Below, piece after piece: positions 1 to 9,579 of a stretch of DNA of 64,000 nucleotides. Source of the DNA: Bacillota bacterium (GTDB lineage: Bacteria; Bacillota; Limnochordia; DTU087; JAAYGB01); assembly GCA_012727955.1 (NCBI GenBank), contig JAAYGB010000053.1, positions 589-64,588 of the forward strand, given 5' to 3'. Position numbers and translations under genes: made by a program. Positions within the stretch are counted from its first letter, which is position 1; each line of letters opens with the position of its first letter. The notes below the pieces were generated by a model. It was not told where the DNA came from and did no database searches. It saw only the letters and a program-made list of their open reading frames with translations.

Positions 1-284
1 GCATCGTATTCACACAACAGCGCCACAACGGGCTTTGACTGGCTCCCCTGGATGCGGCCGACAAAGGAGGTCTCCAACTCCTTCGTACCGGGGGAGACAG
101 AAAACCCTGCTTGGACTAGGGCATCGGTTAGTGCCTTGGCGGCACGCTTTTCCTGTAATCCCAGCTCAGGATGGGTGTGGATCTCCAGGGCGATATCCCA
201 GAGCTGATCCGCAAGGGCCTCGATATTCTCCTGGGCCCGTTGTTTCAGTAAGGCAATCTTGTCTGTCAAGGGTTTCTCCTCCAT
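1..284 (-). CDS. M20-family amidohydrolase/peptidase, N-terminal part (partial; continues beyond the window start)
   Basis: Reverse-complement translation from an ATG at 284-282 reads MEEKPLTDKIALLKQRAQENIEALADQLWDIALEIHTHPELGLQEKRAAKALTDALVQAGFSV...ALLCEYDA with no stop before the window edge. The HxHPEL-type N-terminus is typical of M20 amidohydrolases. It is missing from the ORF track because it is open-ended. Confidence 0.5.
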   Translation of the reverse strand, partial: MEEKPLTDKIALLKQRAQENIEALADQLWDIALEIHTHPELGLQEKRAAKALTDALVQAGFSVSPGTKELETSFVGRIQGSQSKPVVALLCEYD

Positions 285-309
285 CTCACTGGCTTTGCAC
301 AATATTGAA

Positions 310-2424
310 CTATAACCTAATTTCTACCACATCACGGTCGAGCTTTTCAATGCAGCGAGACAGTTTGTCCGCCAGGGGCCTGTCCTGCTGACAGGCTCGG
401 CGCAACTGACGCAACAGATCGATGGCCCGCCGGAAAGCGGAAATTAGGTCTCCCTCCGTCACCTGGGGTTCCATCTCCAGCAGCTCAGCAAAGTCCGCTC
501 CCTGACTCCACAGGTAAGCCAACTCATGGAGATGGTTCTCCAAGGTGACAGTGACCTCTCCCAGGAGGGTGTTCTCCAGTCGCTGCAGACGCCGAGCGAT
601 TCGCTCTGGCTTGCGAAAATCCACCAGCTTGTAGGCTTTCGGCATCTCATTTCTCCGGGGCTCATAATCAATGCTCACCGCCAGAGCATTGATCTCATCT
701 TCAGTGAAATCGTGAAAGACCCCGGCAAAGTACAGTTCGGTGACCAACAGCTCCTGAATATGCATGTTGGCCGCCATCTTACCCCGAGCTGTCAATTCCT
801 GGCCGGAAACATAACGGAGGGCCTCCATGAGCTCCTTCTTCCGCTGAAATTGCTCATAGATGCGGTCATCGTTGGGCATCCGCACCAGCTTTCGCTGCAC
901 TCGCTTTCGAGCCCGTTTGATCCGCGCTATTCTCCTCTGTACCCGTTTATCCCTTCCTTCGTTACCGCCGGCTCCACCCCTGCTTACCTCCGCCAGCTCA
1001 GCAGTGAGTTCATCTAGTTTTGCCTGCAAAGCCGTCACTTCCGATTGGCTCTGATACACCAACAGGTTCTTCTTCAGTAACTCCCGAATTTCCCCATCGC
1101 TGTGATTTTGAATCATGTTCAACACGGAGTTATAGGAAAGCACAAACTGGCTTTGCACCGGCTCCAGTCTCGACTCATTGGGACGAATCAGCTCATTGGG
1201 GTCGAAGAAATCGAAGGCAACATTCACAAACACATATCCCTTGACATCGATCCCCCGGCGCCCGGCCCGCCCTGCCATTTGAAAGTACTCGTTATTGGTC
1301 AAAGCACGAAATCCCCGGCCATCGAACTTGCGATAGGATTCAAAGCAGACGGTGCGCACCGGGAAATTAACCCCGACGGCAAAGGTCTCGGTAGCATAGA
1401 GAACCTTCACCAGGCGGCGTTCAAAGAGTTCCTCCACAACTTCCTTCAGGGCCGGCAGCATCCCCGCATGATGGAAGGCAATCCCCTTGACCAGGCAATC
1501 CCGCAATCTTTCCACACTGATTAATCCCTGGACCGACAAACCCTCCAGGTGGCGCTCCATGGTGGCCTCTACTTCCGCCTTTTCCCCGGGAGTAAGATAG
1601 TCCTGTACCGCAGATAACTCCTGGGCCAACTGCTCCGTTCCCCGGCGACTGAAAACAAAAAACAGCACCGGCAGGTAGTCTGGACCCAGCTCCTTGAGCA
1701 GGCCGATATGGGGCGGGTTTTGCATTCGGGCTCGGCGTTGCTGCTGTCGCTCTTGGTAGGATAGCTGACCCAGGTCGTGGCGTTTATAGTACCGAACCAC
1801 GGTCTTGCGGGAACAGATACCGGTCTCCGGCGAGTAGAAGCGATGCTCCAAGGGGACAACTCGGTCAAAGGCCTTGACCACCTTAATGGGCTCGGCCCGC
1901 AAAGTCCCCATCCACTGGGCCAACTGATCGGCGTTGGGCACCGTGGCGCTCAGCCCCAAGAACTGCATATGTTCCGGCATGAAAATCAGACTTTCCTCCC
2001 AGACAAAACCCCGCTCTTCATCGGCGATGTAATGGATCTCATCGAAGATCACATGGGCCACATCTTCCATGGAGTCATTGCTTTCCAGCAGCATGTTGCG
2101 GAAAATCTCCGTTGTCATCAACACAATCGGTGCCGATTCGTTGGTAACGACGTCACCGGTGACCAGGCCCACATTGGCCTCTCCCACCAAGGCCTTAAAC
2201 TGCTTGTACTTCTGATTACTCAAAGCCTTGATGGGCGCAGTGTAGATCACCCGTGAACCGGCAGCAAAGTCCTTCTCAATAATATAATCGGCGATTAAGG
2301 TCTTTCCCGTCCCCGTCGGAGCCGATACAAACACTGACATCCCCTGGTCCAGATGGTAGATAGCCTCCCGTTGAAAGTCGTCTAGTTTTAAGCCATGGTA
2401 AGTATCGATCATCAGTTGCTCCAC
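310..2424 (-). CDS. Ski2/HelY-like superfamily-2 DEAD/DEAH-box helicase (704 aa)
   Basis: Walker A APTGTGKT, DEIH box and a downstream helicase C-terminal domain; its length is typical of Ski2-like helicases. Confidence 0.85.
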   Translation of the reverse strand: MEQLMIDTYHGLKLDDFQREAIYHLDQGMSVFVSAPTGTGKTLIADYIIEKDFAAGSRVIYTAPIKALSNQKYKQFKALVGEANVGLVTGDVVTNESAPIVLMTTEIFRNMLLESNDSMEDVAHVIFDEIHYIADEERGFVWEESLIFMPEHMQFLGLSATVPNADQLAQWMGTLRAEPIKVVKAFDRVVPLEHRFYSPETGICSRKTVVRYYKRHDLGQLSYQERQQQRRARMQNPPHIGLLKELGPDYLPVLFFVFSRRGTEQLAQELSAVQDYLTPGEKAEVEATMERHLEGLSVQGLISVERLRDCLVKGIAFHHAGMLPALKEVVEELFERRLVKVLYATETFAVGVNFPVRTVCFESYRKFDGRGFRALTNNEYFQMAGRAGRRGIDVKGYVFVNVAFDFFDPNELIRPNESRLEPVQSQFVLSYNSVLNMIQNHSDGEIRELLKKNLLVYQSQSEVTALQAKLDELTAELAEVSRGGAGGNEGRDKRVQRRIARIKRARKRVQRKLVRMPNDDRIYEQFQRKKELMEALRYVSGQELTARGKMAANMHIQELLVTELYFAGVFHDFTEDEINALAVSIDYEPRRNEMPKAYKLVDFRKPERIARRLQRLENTLLGEVTVTLENHLHELAYLWSQGADFAELLEMEPQVTEGDLISAFRRAIDLLRQLRRACQQDRPLADKLSRCIEKLDRDVVEIRL

Positions 2425-2504
2425 ATTGAACTCCTCTCATTCGCGAAAATCTGTCTAGTGTATCACCAACCAATGCCTATCGCCCTTCGTATCTTCCCCC
2501 AAAA

Positions 2505-2551
2505 AGTATCCGCAAACAAGGAAGAAGCAGCCTACTGCCTGCTGCTTCTCC
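2505..2551 (-). terminator. putative rho-independent terminator after the aldose-epimerase gene
   Basis: Inverted repeat GAAGAAGCAGC-N9-GCTGCTTCTC (2521-2550) followed on the minus strand by a T-rich tract CTTGTTTGCGGATACTTTTT. Confidence 0.4.
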
Positions 2552-2595
2552 CCAAACTGCCTGTGATTTGAGTCACATGACTAAAGTCTTCGACA

Positions 2596-3594
2596 TTAAT
2601 CAAGCTGGTCGGTGATTTCCAGCCACATCTGGCCGCTAAAACTCTCGCCACCGGCCAGAGCAATCAGTCCCGTCTCTTCCCGGGGAAGATCGAGATTAGG
2701 AGCATTGGTGACCCAGGTATAGGGTTCGAGACAGACAAAGGGAGCATCGGGGGTTTTTCCAGTAAAGACTACCCAGTGTTTAAACTGGTCGTCGGCCCCG
2801 TAGAGCAGCTTCAGCCCACTGCCATGATCGACAAAGGTACAGACCGATTCTCCGTTGGTAAACTGCAGATCCGTATAGACATCATCCAATTGCACACTAT
2901 CCAAGGCCTGGGGCTGCCTCAGGTCCACCTTCCCTTCCAAGGGCAATTTCTGCCCCGTGGGGATGCAGGTTTCCGTTAGCTCCCACCGCTGATTGGCCGG
3001 AACCTGTACGGTGCACTGGGACTTGTCACTGGCCGTCGTTAAGGGCACGTTGAAGTAGGGGTGAAATCCGATGCCAAAGGGCATCGTCTCTTCCCCAAGG
3101 TTCTCAGCCTCTACGGTGATATCCAGCCGATTGTCCCGCAGACAGTAGGTCATTCGCAGCTCAAAGTCATGGGGATAGGACTCCAGAATCTCGGGATGAT
3201 CCTGGGAGCGAATGGCAGTGGTTACCCTTGCCCCGCCTTCCGTGGAAATCGAGCGTACCTGCCAGGGTAACTTGTTTACCAATCCGTGAATGTGGTTGAT
3301 ACCAGCCTCGTTGATCTCAAACTTGTATTCCCGACCCTCAAAGGTGAAGCGCCCAGCTTCGATGCGATTGGGAGGCATCAAAACGGGAAAACCCCAACCC
3401 ACGGCCTTGGTGTGCAGATCAGCCATGGAATTGGGTTCATACAAAATCTTGACCTCTGGTTGAGCCATGCGCCAAGCGATGAGATTGCTGCCAAAGCCCG
3501 GCAGCAGAATCGCCGACATGCCGCTGGACCGATCCGTCAGTACCAGTGCTTCTTGACCATCAAAGGTGGTTTTCTCCACTTGATATGTACTCAC
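2596..3594 (-). CDS. aldose 1-epimerase (galactose mutarotase family)
   Basis: 332 aa; the GIGFHPYFN motif region and overall pattern are typical of aldose 1-epimerases. Confidence 0.85.
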   Translation of the reverse strand: MSTYQVEKTTFDGQEALVLTDRSSGMSAILLPGFGSNLIAWRMAQPEVKILYEPNSMADLHTKAVGWGFPVLMPPNRIEAGRFTFEGREYKFEINEAGINHIHGLVNKLPWQVRSISTEGGARVTTAIRSQDHPEILESYPHDFELRMTYCLRDNRLDITVEAENLGEETMPFGIGFHPYFNVPLTTASDKSQCTVQVPANQRWELTETCIPTGQKLPLEGKVDLRQPQALDSVQLDDVYTDLQFTNGESVCTFVDHGSGLKLLYGADDQFKHWVVFTGKTPDAPFVCLEPYTWVTNAPNLDLPREETGLIALAGGESFSGQMWLEITDQLD

Positions 3595-3651
3595 CGTAAC
3601 CCCTCCTTGGATGAGGGGCTCTCCCAGGGAGAGCCCGCTATTTTTCCGTTC

Positions 3652-4392
3652 TTACTGCACTGCAAACACCATTTCAACGCCAACCTTCACCGACACCTGG
3701 CCCGGCTGAAGGGGAGTATCCCCCAGGGCATCGGCCTTGGCGTAGGTGACATTGTGGTAGGGAGCGGTGCCGCTTTCCTTCAGGCTAACCAGCTCCACGA
3801 TCTTCACTCCCGCGGCTTGGGCCAACACCTGTGCCTTGTGGGTGGCGTCCGCAACGGCAGCTTGCAAAGCGGCATCCCGAACGGACTCCGAACGCTGAAT
3901 ATCGTACTCTACACTGTTGACTCGGTTGGCACCGGCCATGATCGCGGCATCGATGACGGCTCCCAAGCCATCGGTGTCGGTGATGGTCACCACTACCTCG
4001 TTGTTAGCCCGATAACCAACCAGCTCCTGTTGACTGGTCCCGGGATCATACCGGCGCTCGGGATACAGGTAGAAATACTCGGTCTTGATGTTTTTCTGAG
4101 GGATACCCAGATCCCGCAGGGCTGTAATCACCTGCTCCATCACTTGATTGTTCTTATTTTGCGCCTCTACCGCTGAAGCACCCTCGGTCTCAACCCCCAA
4201 AGTGACCTTGGCCACATCGGGAGCCCCTTGGGACTCGCCCCAGCCCAACACCGTAATGGTAGTGGGTTTAGCTTGATTCTGCAGGGATGACGCTTCCTGG
4301 GCACTGCCAACGCCATCGGCGACGACTAGGCCGTAGGCACCCAGACCGATGGCTAGGCCAATCACCAGAATGCCAACTATTACTTTCCGCAT
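3652..4392 (-). CDS. SIMPL-domain (DUF541) secreted/periplasmic protein
   Basis: Start placed at the internal ATG MRKVIVGILV, which has an AGGAG RBS 9 nt upstream. It has an N-terminal transmembrane/signal segment followed by a SIMPL-like domain (VTITDT..., IQRSE...). The longer ORF 3652-4458 has no RBS. Confidence 0.7.
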   Translation of the reverse strand: MRKVIVGILVIGLAIGLGAYGLVVADGVGSAQEASSLQNQAKPTTITVLGWGESQGAPDVAKVTLGVETEGASAVEAQNKNNQVMEQVITALRDLGIPQKNIKTEYFYLYPERRYDPGTSQQELVGYRANNEVVVTITDTDGLGAVIDAAIMAGANRVNSVEYDIQRSESVRDAALQAAVADATHKAQVLAQAAGVKIVELVSLKESGTAPYHNVTYAKADALGDTPLQPGQVSVKVGVEMVFAVQ

Positions 4393-4553
4393 TTGCTGCA
4401 ACACTCCTTTCCCTGTCTTGATCCAGAACTTCGTGATCCCCTGATCCGGTTCCTGCATGGGACAGAATGGTCTTTTTGGGAAGCAGTGTATAACCTAGCT
4501 GGCCGAGAGGAAGGATAAAACTCACTGGGCTAGAGGAGAATTGCTAAAGTGGG

Positions 4554-5261
4554 GTGATTCCCTTGACTATTATCGCGGTCCGCTCCCTCATCCTGTATCT
4601 TTATATCATGTTCATCGTCCGCTTCATGGGCAAACGCCAAGTGGGGGAAATGCAGCCCTTTGAGCTGGTAGTGGCGATTCTAATCGCGGACCTAGCGGCG
4701 GTACCGATGGAGTCGCCGGAAATGCCCCTGATTCACGGCCTGATCCCCGTGGCCATCCTGGCCATCATGGAAATGACCATCTCCTACCTGTCCCTGCATC
4801 GGGAGGGCTTCCGTCGTCTGGTGACGGGCAGTCCCTCAATCATCATCATCAACGGCAAGATCTGTGAAGCAGAACTAAGGAAAATGCGGTACAATCTCAA
4901 CGATTTGCTGGAACAGCTGCGGATCAAGGGATTCCACAATATCGAAGATGTCGAGTTTGCGATTTTAGAAACCAGCGGCCAGCTCAGTGTGATTCCCAAG
5001 TCCCAGAAGCGCCCCGTCACCCCAGAGGATCTGCAAATTCCCACGGAGTACGAAGGCTTATCCCATCCCCTCATTCTCGATGGTGTGGTACATAAAGGGA
5101 ATCTGATCCGAACCAACTTGACGGAAGAATGGCTGCAAGAGCAGCTATCGCAACAGGGTTTTTCTAGTCCCAAGGACATCTTCTTTGCCAGTCTCAATTC
5201 CCAGGGACAGCTATTCCTACAGCCCCGAGATGCCGCTACCTCAGGGAGGGAGGCAAACTGA
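4554..5261 (+). CDS. DUF421 (YetF/YrbG-like) membrane protein
   Basis: 235 aa with N-terminal transmembrane segments and a DUF421-like C-terminal domain. Confidence 0.75.
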   Translation: MIPLTIIAVRSLILYLYIMFIVRFMGKRQVGEMQPFELVVAILIADLAAVPMESPEMPLIHGLIPVAILAIMEMTISYLSLHREGFRRLVTGSPSIIIINGKICEAELRKMRYNLNDLLEQLRIKGFHNIEDVEFAILETSGQLSVIPKSQKRPVTPEDLQIPTEYEGLSHPLILDGVVHKGNLIRTNLTEEWLQEQLSQQGFSSPKDIFFASLNSQGQLFLQPRDAATSGREAN

Positions 5262-5638
5262 GAACGATCCTCTTCATCATCATCACCAGTGCCATCATCC
5301 TTGGCTTGGCCTGGTGGGAGCATTGGCATGTGACCACGACGACGGCAGATCTCATCAAGGAGATAAACGCTTTACAGAAGGTCATTGCCGCCGGGCACTG
5401 GGAAACTGCCAAGGTGCAGGCAGAGGCGATAACCTCCCGTTGGACCCGAATCGAACCCTTCTGGTCTCTGTTTTTCAACGACAATTATCTCCAGGACATT
5501 GAACTCAAACTGGCCGACCTAACCCAGCAGATCAAAGGGAAAAGTCACCTCAATGCCCAGATCAGTGCCACCAATCTCAAGGTGATGTTCACCCAGCTGT
5601 CCCGAGGGCAACACTTGACATTATCCAATCTCCTCTAG
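5258..5638 (+). CDS. small membrane protein that commonly follows DUF421 genes (DUF4363-like); start uncertain
   Basis: The ORF track begins at TTG 5306 (LAWWEHWHV...). The same frame continues upstream without a stop through RTILFIIITSAIILGLAWW, a complete transmembrane helix. A GGAGGGAGG RBS sits at 5245-5253, and the only start-like codon after it is CTG 5258. The gene ends in a TAG-TGA tandem stop. Confidence 0.5.
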   Translation: MRTILFIIITSAIILGLAWWEHWHVTTTTADLIKEINALQKVIAAGHWETAKVQAEAITSRWTRIEPFWSLFFNDNYLQDIELKLADLTQQIKGKSHLNAQISATNLKVMFTQLSRGQHLTLSNLL

Positions 5639-5746
5639 TGACGCCATACATTGCCGTTTGCTTCGGTCTAAACGGGGGTAGTGAATCGTAATGTAAGTAG
5701 GAAGATAATATTGGCAAGGAATAAAGCCAACACGGGGGGAGCGGGT

Positions 5747-6595
5747 TTGTTAGCAAAGCGAAGGCTTGGCAAAACCGGTGAAGAACTGTCTAAGATCGGC
5801 TTTGGGGGAATCATCGTCAAGGATACCACCAAGGAACAGGCCGCAGGGTATGTGAGGGAGGCAATTGAGCGGGGAGTCAATTATTTCGATGTTGCCCCAA
5901 CCTATGGCAACGCCGAGGATATGTTGGGCCCGGCTTTAGAGCCCTACCGGCGGGATGTTTTCCTGGCCTGTAAGACCACGGAGAGAAGCCAGGCGGGAGC
6001 TTGGCAGGAGCTGCAAACCTCTCTAGAGAAAATGCGGACCGACTACTTCGATCTGTATCAACTCCATGCGGTAAACACCGCCGCGGATGTCCAGGAGGTA
6101 TTGGGCCCCCGGGGTGCACTGGAAGCAGTGCTGCGGGCTCAAGAGGAGGGATTAGTGCGCTACATCGGTTTCTCCTCCCACTCGGAAAGCGCCGCTCTGC
6201 AGCTGATGGATGCCTTTGATTTCGACACGATTCTCTTTCCCATCAACTGGGCGTTGTATCTCAACGGGGACTTCGGCCCGGCAGTGCTGCAAAGGGCACA
6301 GGAAAAGAATATCGGGCGCCTGTGTCTCAAGGCACTGGCCAAATCCGCGCTGCCGCAAGGGGAAAGCACACCCTATCCCAACTGCTGGTACATTCCCATC
6401 GACGATGGGCACCTAGCGGACCTGGCCCTGCGCTTTACCCTGTCGCAACCGGTAACCGCGGCGATCCCACCGGGGGACATCCGTCTGTTCCGTCTCGCCC
6501 TGGATATTGCCGAGAACTTCACCCCCATTACCGAAGGAGAAGTTTCAGAGCTTGCAGAAAAAGGGAAGGGCGTTGATCTCATTTTCCACAAATGA
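5747..6595 (+). CDS. aldo/keto reductase
   Basis: The RRLGKTGEELSKIGFGG N-terminal motif is typical of AKRs. A TTG at 5747 is preceded by GGGGGGAG; an alternative GTG start lies at 5681. Confidence 0.8.
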   Translation: MLAKRRLGKTGEELSKIGFGGIIVKDTTKEQAAGYVREAIERGVNYFDVAPTYGNAEDMLGPALEPYRRDVFLACKTTERSQAGAWQELQTSLEKMRTDYFDLYQLHAVNTAADVQEVLGPRGALEAVLRAQEEGLVRYIGFSSHSESAALQLMDAFDFDTILFPINWALYLNGDFGPAVLQRAQEKNIGRLCLKALAKSALPQGESTPYPNCWYIPIDDGHLADLALRFTLSQPVTAAIPPGDIRLFRLALDIAENFTPITEGEVSELAEKGKGVDLIFHK

Positions 6596-6622
6596 CGCAG
6601 TCCATCGCAAGTAACTACCTCA

Positions 6623-6655
6623 GGCCGTCGGGTTCTCCTAGACGGCCTTTGTGAA
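6623..6655 (+). terminator. rho-independent terminator
   Basis: AGGCCGTC-gggttctccta-GACGGCCT followed by TTTGTG. Confidence 0.65.
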
Positions 6656-6702
6656 TTACGGTAAGGGTATCATCACCAAGTTCTTTCTTAGGAGGTCTTA
6701 CC

Positions 6703-7842
6703 ATGAACGTAAGTTTGCGAATCTGCCTCGTTGGATATGGCGGAATCGGCAAAGTCCATGCCTATGGGTACCGCAATCTCCATCTGTACTATGACCTTCC
6801 CCGTCCACAGCTGGTGGGAGTGGTAGCCAGAACAGAGTCCAGTCGCCGGCAAGCAATAGCTGATCACGACTTTCTTTGGAGCCACGAGGATTACCAGGCA
6901 GCCATCATCGCCGAGGATGTGGATATCGTCGACTGTTGCGCTCCAAATCATCTCCATTACCCCATAGCCAAGTTGGCCCTGGACTCCCGCAAGGCCATCT
7001 ACTGTGAAAAGCCCTTGGCCCTAACCCTGACGGAGGCCGCGGAGCTAGCCCAGCAGGCCCAAAATTCCGGGGTACCCCACCAGATTGCCTTCAACTACCG
7101 CTTTGTTCCCGCGGTATTGACGGCCCGGGAACTGGTTCGCCAGGGCAAGTTAGGAAAGATTGTCCAATTTCGGGGTGCCTATTACCACAGTGGGTACTGG
7201 GATCGAAACCGCCCCCTAACCTGGCGCATGCAGAAGGAATTCTCGGGAGGAGGGGCCCTTTACGACCTGGGATCCCACATTATCGACATGATTCGATTTG
7301 TCACCGGCGACGAGTACAGCTCGGTGTCCGCAACTTTACATACAGAAATCAAGACCAGACCCCTGCCTGAGGGCGGGGTGGGAGAAGTGGACGTCGATGA
7401 TGTGGCGATCCTCCAAGTAAAGACCCACTCCGGTGCCCTGGGCACCATTGAAGCCTCCCGGCTGGCCACGGGAACGGAGGACGATCTCAGCTTTGAAATC
7501 TACGGCGAGAAGGGAGCACTTCGGTTCCACCTGATGGAGCCCAATTGGCTGGATTGGTTCGATGGAGCTCAGCCCGGAGCACCCCTCAGCCAGGCAAAGG
7601 GCTTTACCCGTTTGGCCGCCAGCAGCCGCTATCCCAAACCGGCTAAGTTCCCCGCCGGCCGCTCACCAATGGGATGGCTGCAAACCCATGTCGCCAGTCA
7701 GGCGGACTTCATCCAAAGATGCCTGGGACAAGAAGCTTTGGGAGCAACCTTTGTCGATGGGCTGCAGGTCCAAAGGGTACTGACGGCAGCCCAAGAGTCC
7801 GATGCCACCCGGGCTTGGGTTGCTGTAGATTCGCTGTCCTAA
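6703..7842 (+). CDS. Gfo/Idh/MocA-family NAD(P)-dependent oxidoreductase
   Basis: LVGYGGIGKVHAYG Rossmann N-terminus, EKPLA motif, and a GGAGG RBS (ttcttaggaggtcttaccATG). Confidence 0.85.
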   Translation: MNVSLRICLVGYGGIGKVHAYGYRNLHLYYDLPRPQLVGVVARTESSRRQAIADHDFLWSHEDYQAAIIAEDVDIVDCCAPNHLHYPIAKLALDSRKAIYCEKPLALTLTEAAELAQQAQNSGVPHQIAFNYRFVPAVLTARELVRQGKLGKIVQFRGAYYHSGYWDRNRPLTWRMQKEFSGGGALYDLGSHIIDMIRFVTGDEYSSVSATLHTEIKTRPLPEGGVGEVDVDDVAILQVKTHSGALGTIEASRLATGTEDDLSFEIYGEKGALRFHLMEPNWLDWFDGAQPGAPLSQAKGFTRLAASSRYPKPAKFPAGRSPMGWLQTHVASQADFIQRCLGQEALGATFVDGLQVQRVLTAAQESDATRAWVAVDSLS

Positions 7843-7937
7843 AAAGCTTTCAACCGCTGAAGAAGGCATCGGACTTAAGAACAACCGACAACACTGGCAT
7901 CGCGGGATGGCATCTCTTTGGATACCACTAACGAAGA

Positions 7938-7960
7938 AGCCGCCGGGAATCAACCGGCGG
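7938..7960. terminator. bidirectional hairpin between convergent genes
   Basis: GCCGCCGG-gaatcaa-CCGGCGGC, with T-rich flanks on both strands. Confidence 0.45.
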
Positions 7961-7971
7961 CTGATGTATTC

Positions 7972-8700
7972 TTAGAATCTAAAGACTGCTCCCAGGTACA
8001 GGCCCGAGTAACTGAAGTCGACGGGATACCCATCGAAGTCCACGTCAAAGCTCTGGCACCGATACCCACCGGTGATTTCAAAGGCGCCCAAGTGATATCC
8101 CAATCCGATATCAAAGGCTGTGAAGGTGATATCGACTTCTTCGCCGTCGAAGGCTTCACCGGTGATGAAAGGCGAATATTTCACTTCACCCTTCAGGGTA
8201 ATTCCCTGAGCTATCGGCAGCTCACCGGAAGCGGTAAGATACAACCCGGAGAAGTCTAGGACATCCTCTGAGTAGCTAGCGTCCATAGGTACTACTGCAT
8301 AGGGGCCATAGTCCCCTGACCCTTCAGTGACACGATCATCCATTGCTCCTGTCAGGTAGCCGGCACCCACCTTAACTCCTGGAGCAACTAGATAGTCTGC
8401 TCCAAACTGCAGCCAGCCTAATTCCAGCGCTGAGTCTGAAAGCTCATAACCATCGGCTGTGAAATTATCGGTCTCCCCAAAACTGTAGGAAAGATTAACT
8501 CCAATCCTTTCTGTAGCCCTCAGTTCACCCTTGATGGTAGTCAGGTTGCCCGATGCTTCGGCAGACAATCCCTCTTCTTCGATTTCAGCGGTAGCAAACC
8601 ACCGATCAACACCCACACTCACTGTCTGAGCTGCAGCCCCAATCGCCAGTGTACACATTAACAAAACCACCAACCCTACACTCAAGACTGCCTTTTTCAC
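7972..8700 (-). CDS. outer-membrane beta-barrel protein (porin/OmpW-like), with signal peptide
   Basis: N-terminal signal peptide (MKKAVLSVGLVVLLMCTLAIGAAAQ), alternating amphipathic beta-strand pattern rich in G/Y/D, and a C-terminal aromatic Phe (..GAVFRF) typical of OMP beta-barrels. Confidence 0.6.
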   Translation of the reverse strand: MKKAVLSVGLVVLLMCTLAIGAAAQTVSVGVDRWFATAEIEEEGLSAEASGNLTTIKGELRATERIGVNLSYSFGETDNFTADGYELSDSALELGWLQFGADYLVAPGVKVGAGYLTGAMDDRVTEGSGDYGPYAVVPMDASYSEDVLDFSGLYLTASGELPIAQGITLKGEVKYSPFITGEAFDGEEVDITFTAFDIGLGYHLGAFEITGGYRCQSFDVDFDGYPVDFSYSGLYLGAVFRF

Positions 8701-8821
8701 CCAAACCCCTCCCCATAATCTCCACTAATCTAAACGCCTTGTACACTCTTGCTGTTCTGACACTCCAGTATACTCCTCAAAGGATCCACCTAGAACAACT
8801 TCCGTTCTCGATTGATGAAGA

Positions 8822-8849
8822 TAAAAAAAGCCGCCGGATCTTCGGCGAC
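8822..8849 (-). terminator. rho-independent terminator after the methyltransferase gene
   Basis: The minus strand reads GTCGCCGAAGATCCGGCGGC followed by TTTTTTT (plus-strand A7 at 8823-8829). Confidence 0.6.
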
Positions 8850-8901
8850 TTCTTCTCCACTTCAACTTCCTGGGTGTTTGTCTAGGGGCAAGGGGTAAGG
8901 G

Positions 8902-9573
8902 TTACATACGCCTGCCTCGTCTGCTCATCGCTCTTGCTTGACGCTTAGCATGCTTCCTGGTGGTTTTAGTTTGCACCGGGTGAGGTCTGTTAACCCCTTC
9001 CCTGCGCCTTTGCGCTGCCATTACCCAGTATCCATCCTGGGCGATGACCTTAACACCACCAAAAACACTGCGCAGCTTGTTCTCATACCACTTCCGGCGC
9101 TTGACAACAAGATACATCCAGCCCTCCGGCTCCAGGTGGGAGTATCCCGATTCTATAAACTCCTTCGCGACGGAAAAGTCGGTATGATAGGGTGGGTTAG
9201 ACAGAATAAGAGTAAACTTGCGTCCGGCTAAATTGGCGAAACCATCACTTTCCAAGACTTCTATTTCCGTATCACCCTCTGACCAATCAAGGGCGGCAAC
9301 GTTGGCGGCAGCCACTTGCACCGCCACCGGGTCCACGTCCACCATCGTCACTTGCCGGGGACGGTAGGCCTTGGCCAGAGCCAAACCGACCACTCCATAG
9401 CCACAGCCCAAGTCCAGCACCCGATCCTCGTGACTGACCGAGACGGTCTCCAGCATTGCTCTAGTGCCGGCATCCAGACCACGGGGCGAAAAGAGCCGCT
9501 CATCGGTGGTCAAAGATAGCTTTATCCCTAGCACGTCAACGGCAATCTTCACTCCATCACCCACCCACTGCAA
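8902..9573 (-). CDS. class I SAM-dependent methyltransferase (RsmC/YbxB-like small-domain MTase) with a basic C-terminal tail
   Basis: DLGCGYGVVG SAM-binding motif and the NPPYH catalytic motif of N-methyltransferases. A TTG start lies 6 nt after the ADH stop. The C-terminal 27 aa are very K/R-rich. Confidence 0.75.
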   Translation of the reverse strand: MQWVGDGVKIAVDVLGIKLSLTTDERLFSPRGLDAGTRAMLETVSVSHEDRVLDLGCGYGVVGLALAKAYRPRQVTMVDVDPVAVQVAAANVAALDWSEGDTEIEVLESDGFANLAGRKFTLILSNPPYHTDFSVAKEFIESGYSHLEPEGWMYLVVKRRKWYENKLRSVFGGVKVIAQDGYWVMAAQRRREGVNRPHPVQTKTTRKHAKRQARAMSRRGRRM

Positions 9574-9579
9574 AGGGAT

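Noticed and set aside
35-391. 118-aa plus-strand ORF at the window start
   Set aside because: It lies antisense to a much better-supported M20 amidohydrolase N-terminus on the minus strand. It is Pro/Arg/Gly-rich in the GC-rich alternative-frame style and has no RBS.
3286-4176. Long antisense ORFs inside annotated genes (for example 3286-4176, 15321-15902, 27706-28488, 45951-46940)
   Set aside because: They lie opposite well-supported genes, have low-complexity composition typical of high-GC antisense frames, and lack RBS/start context.
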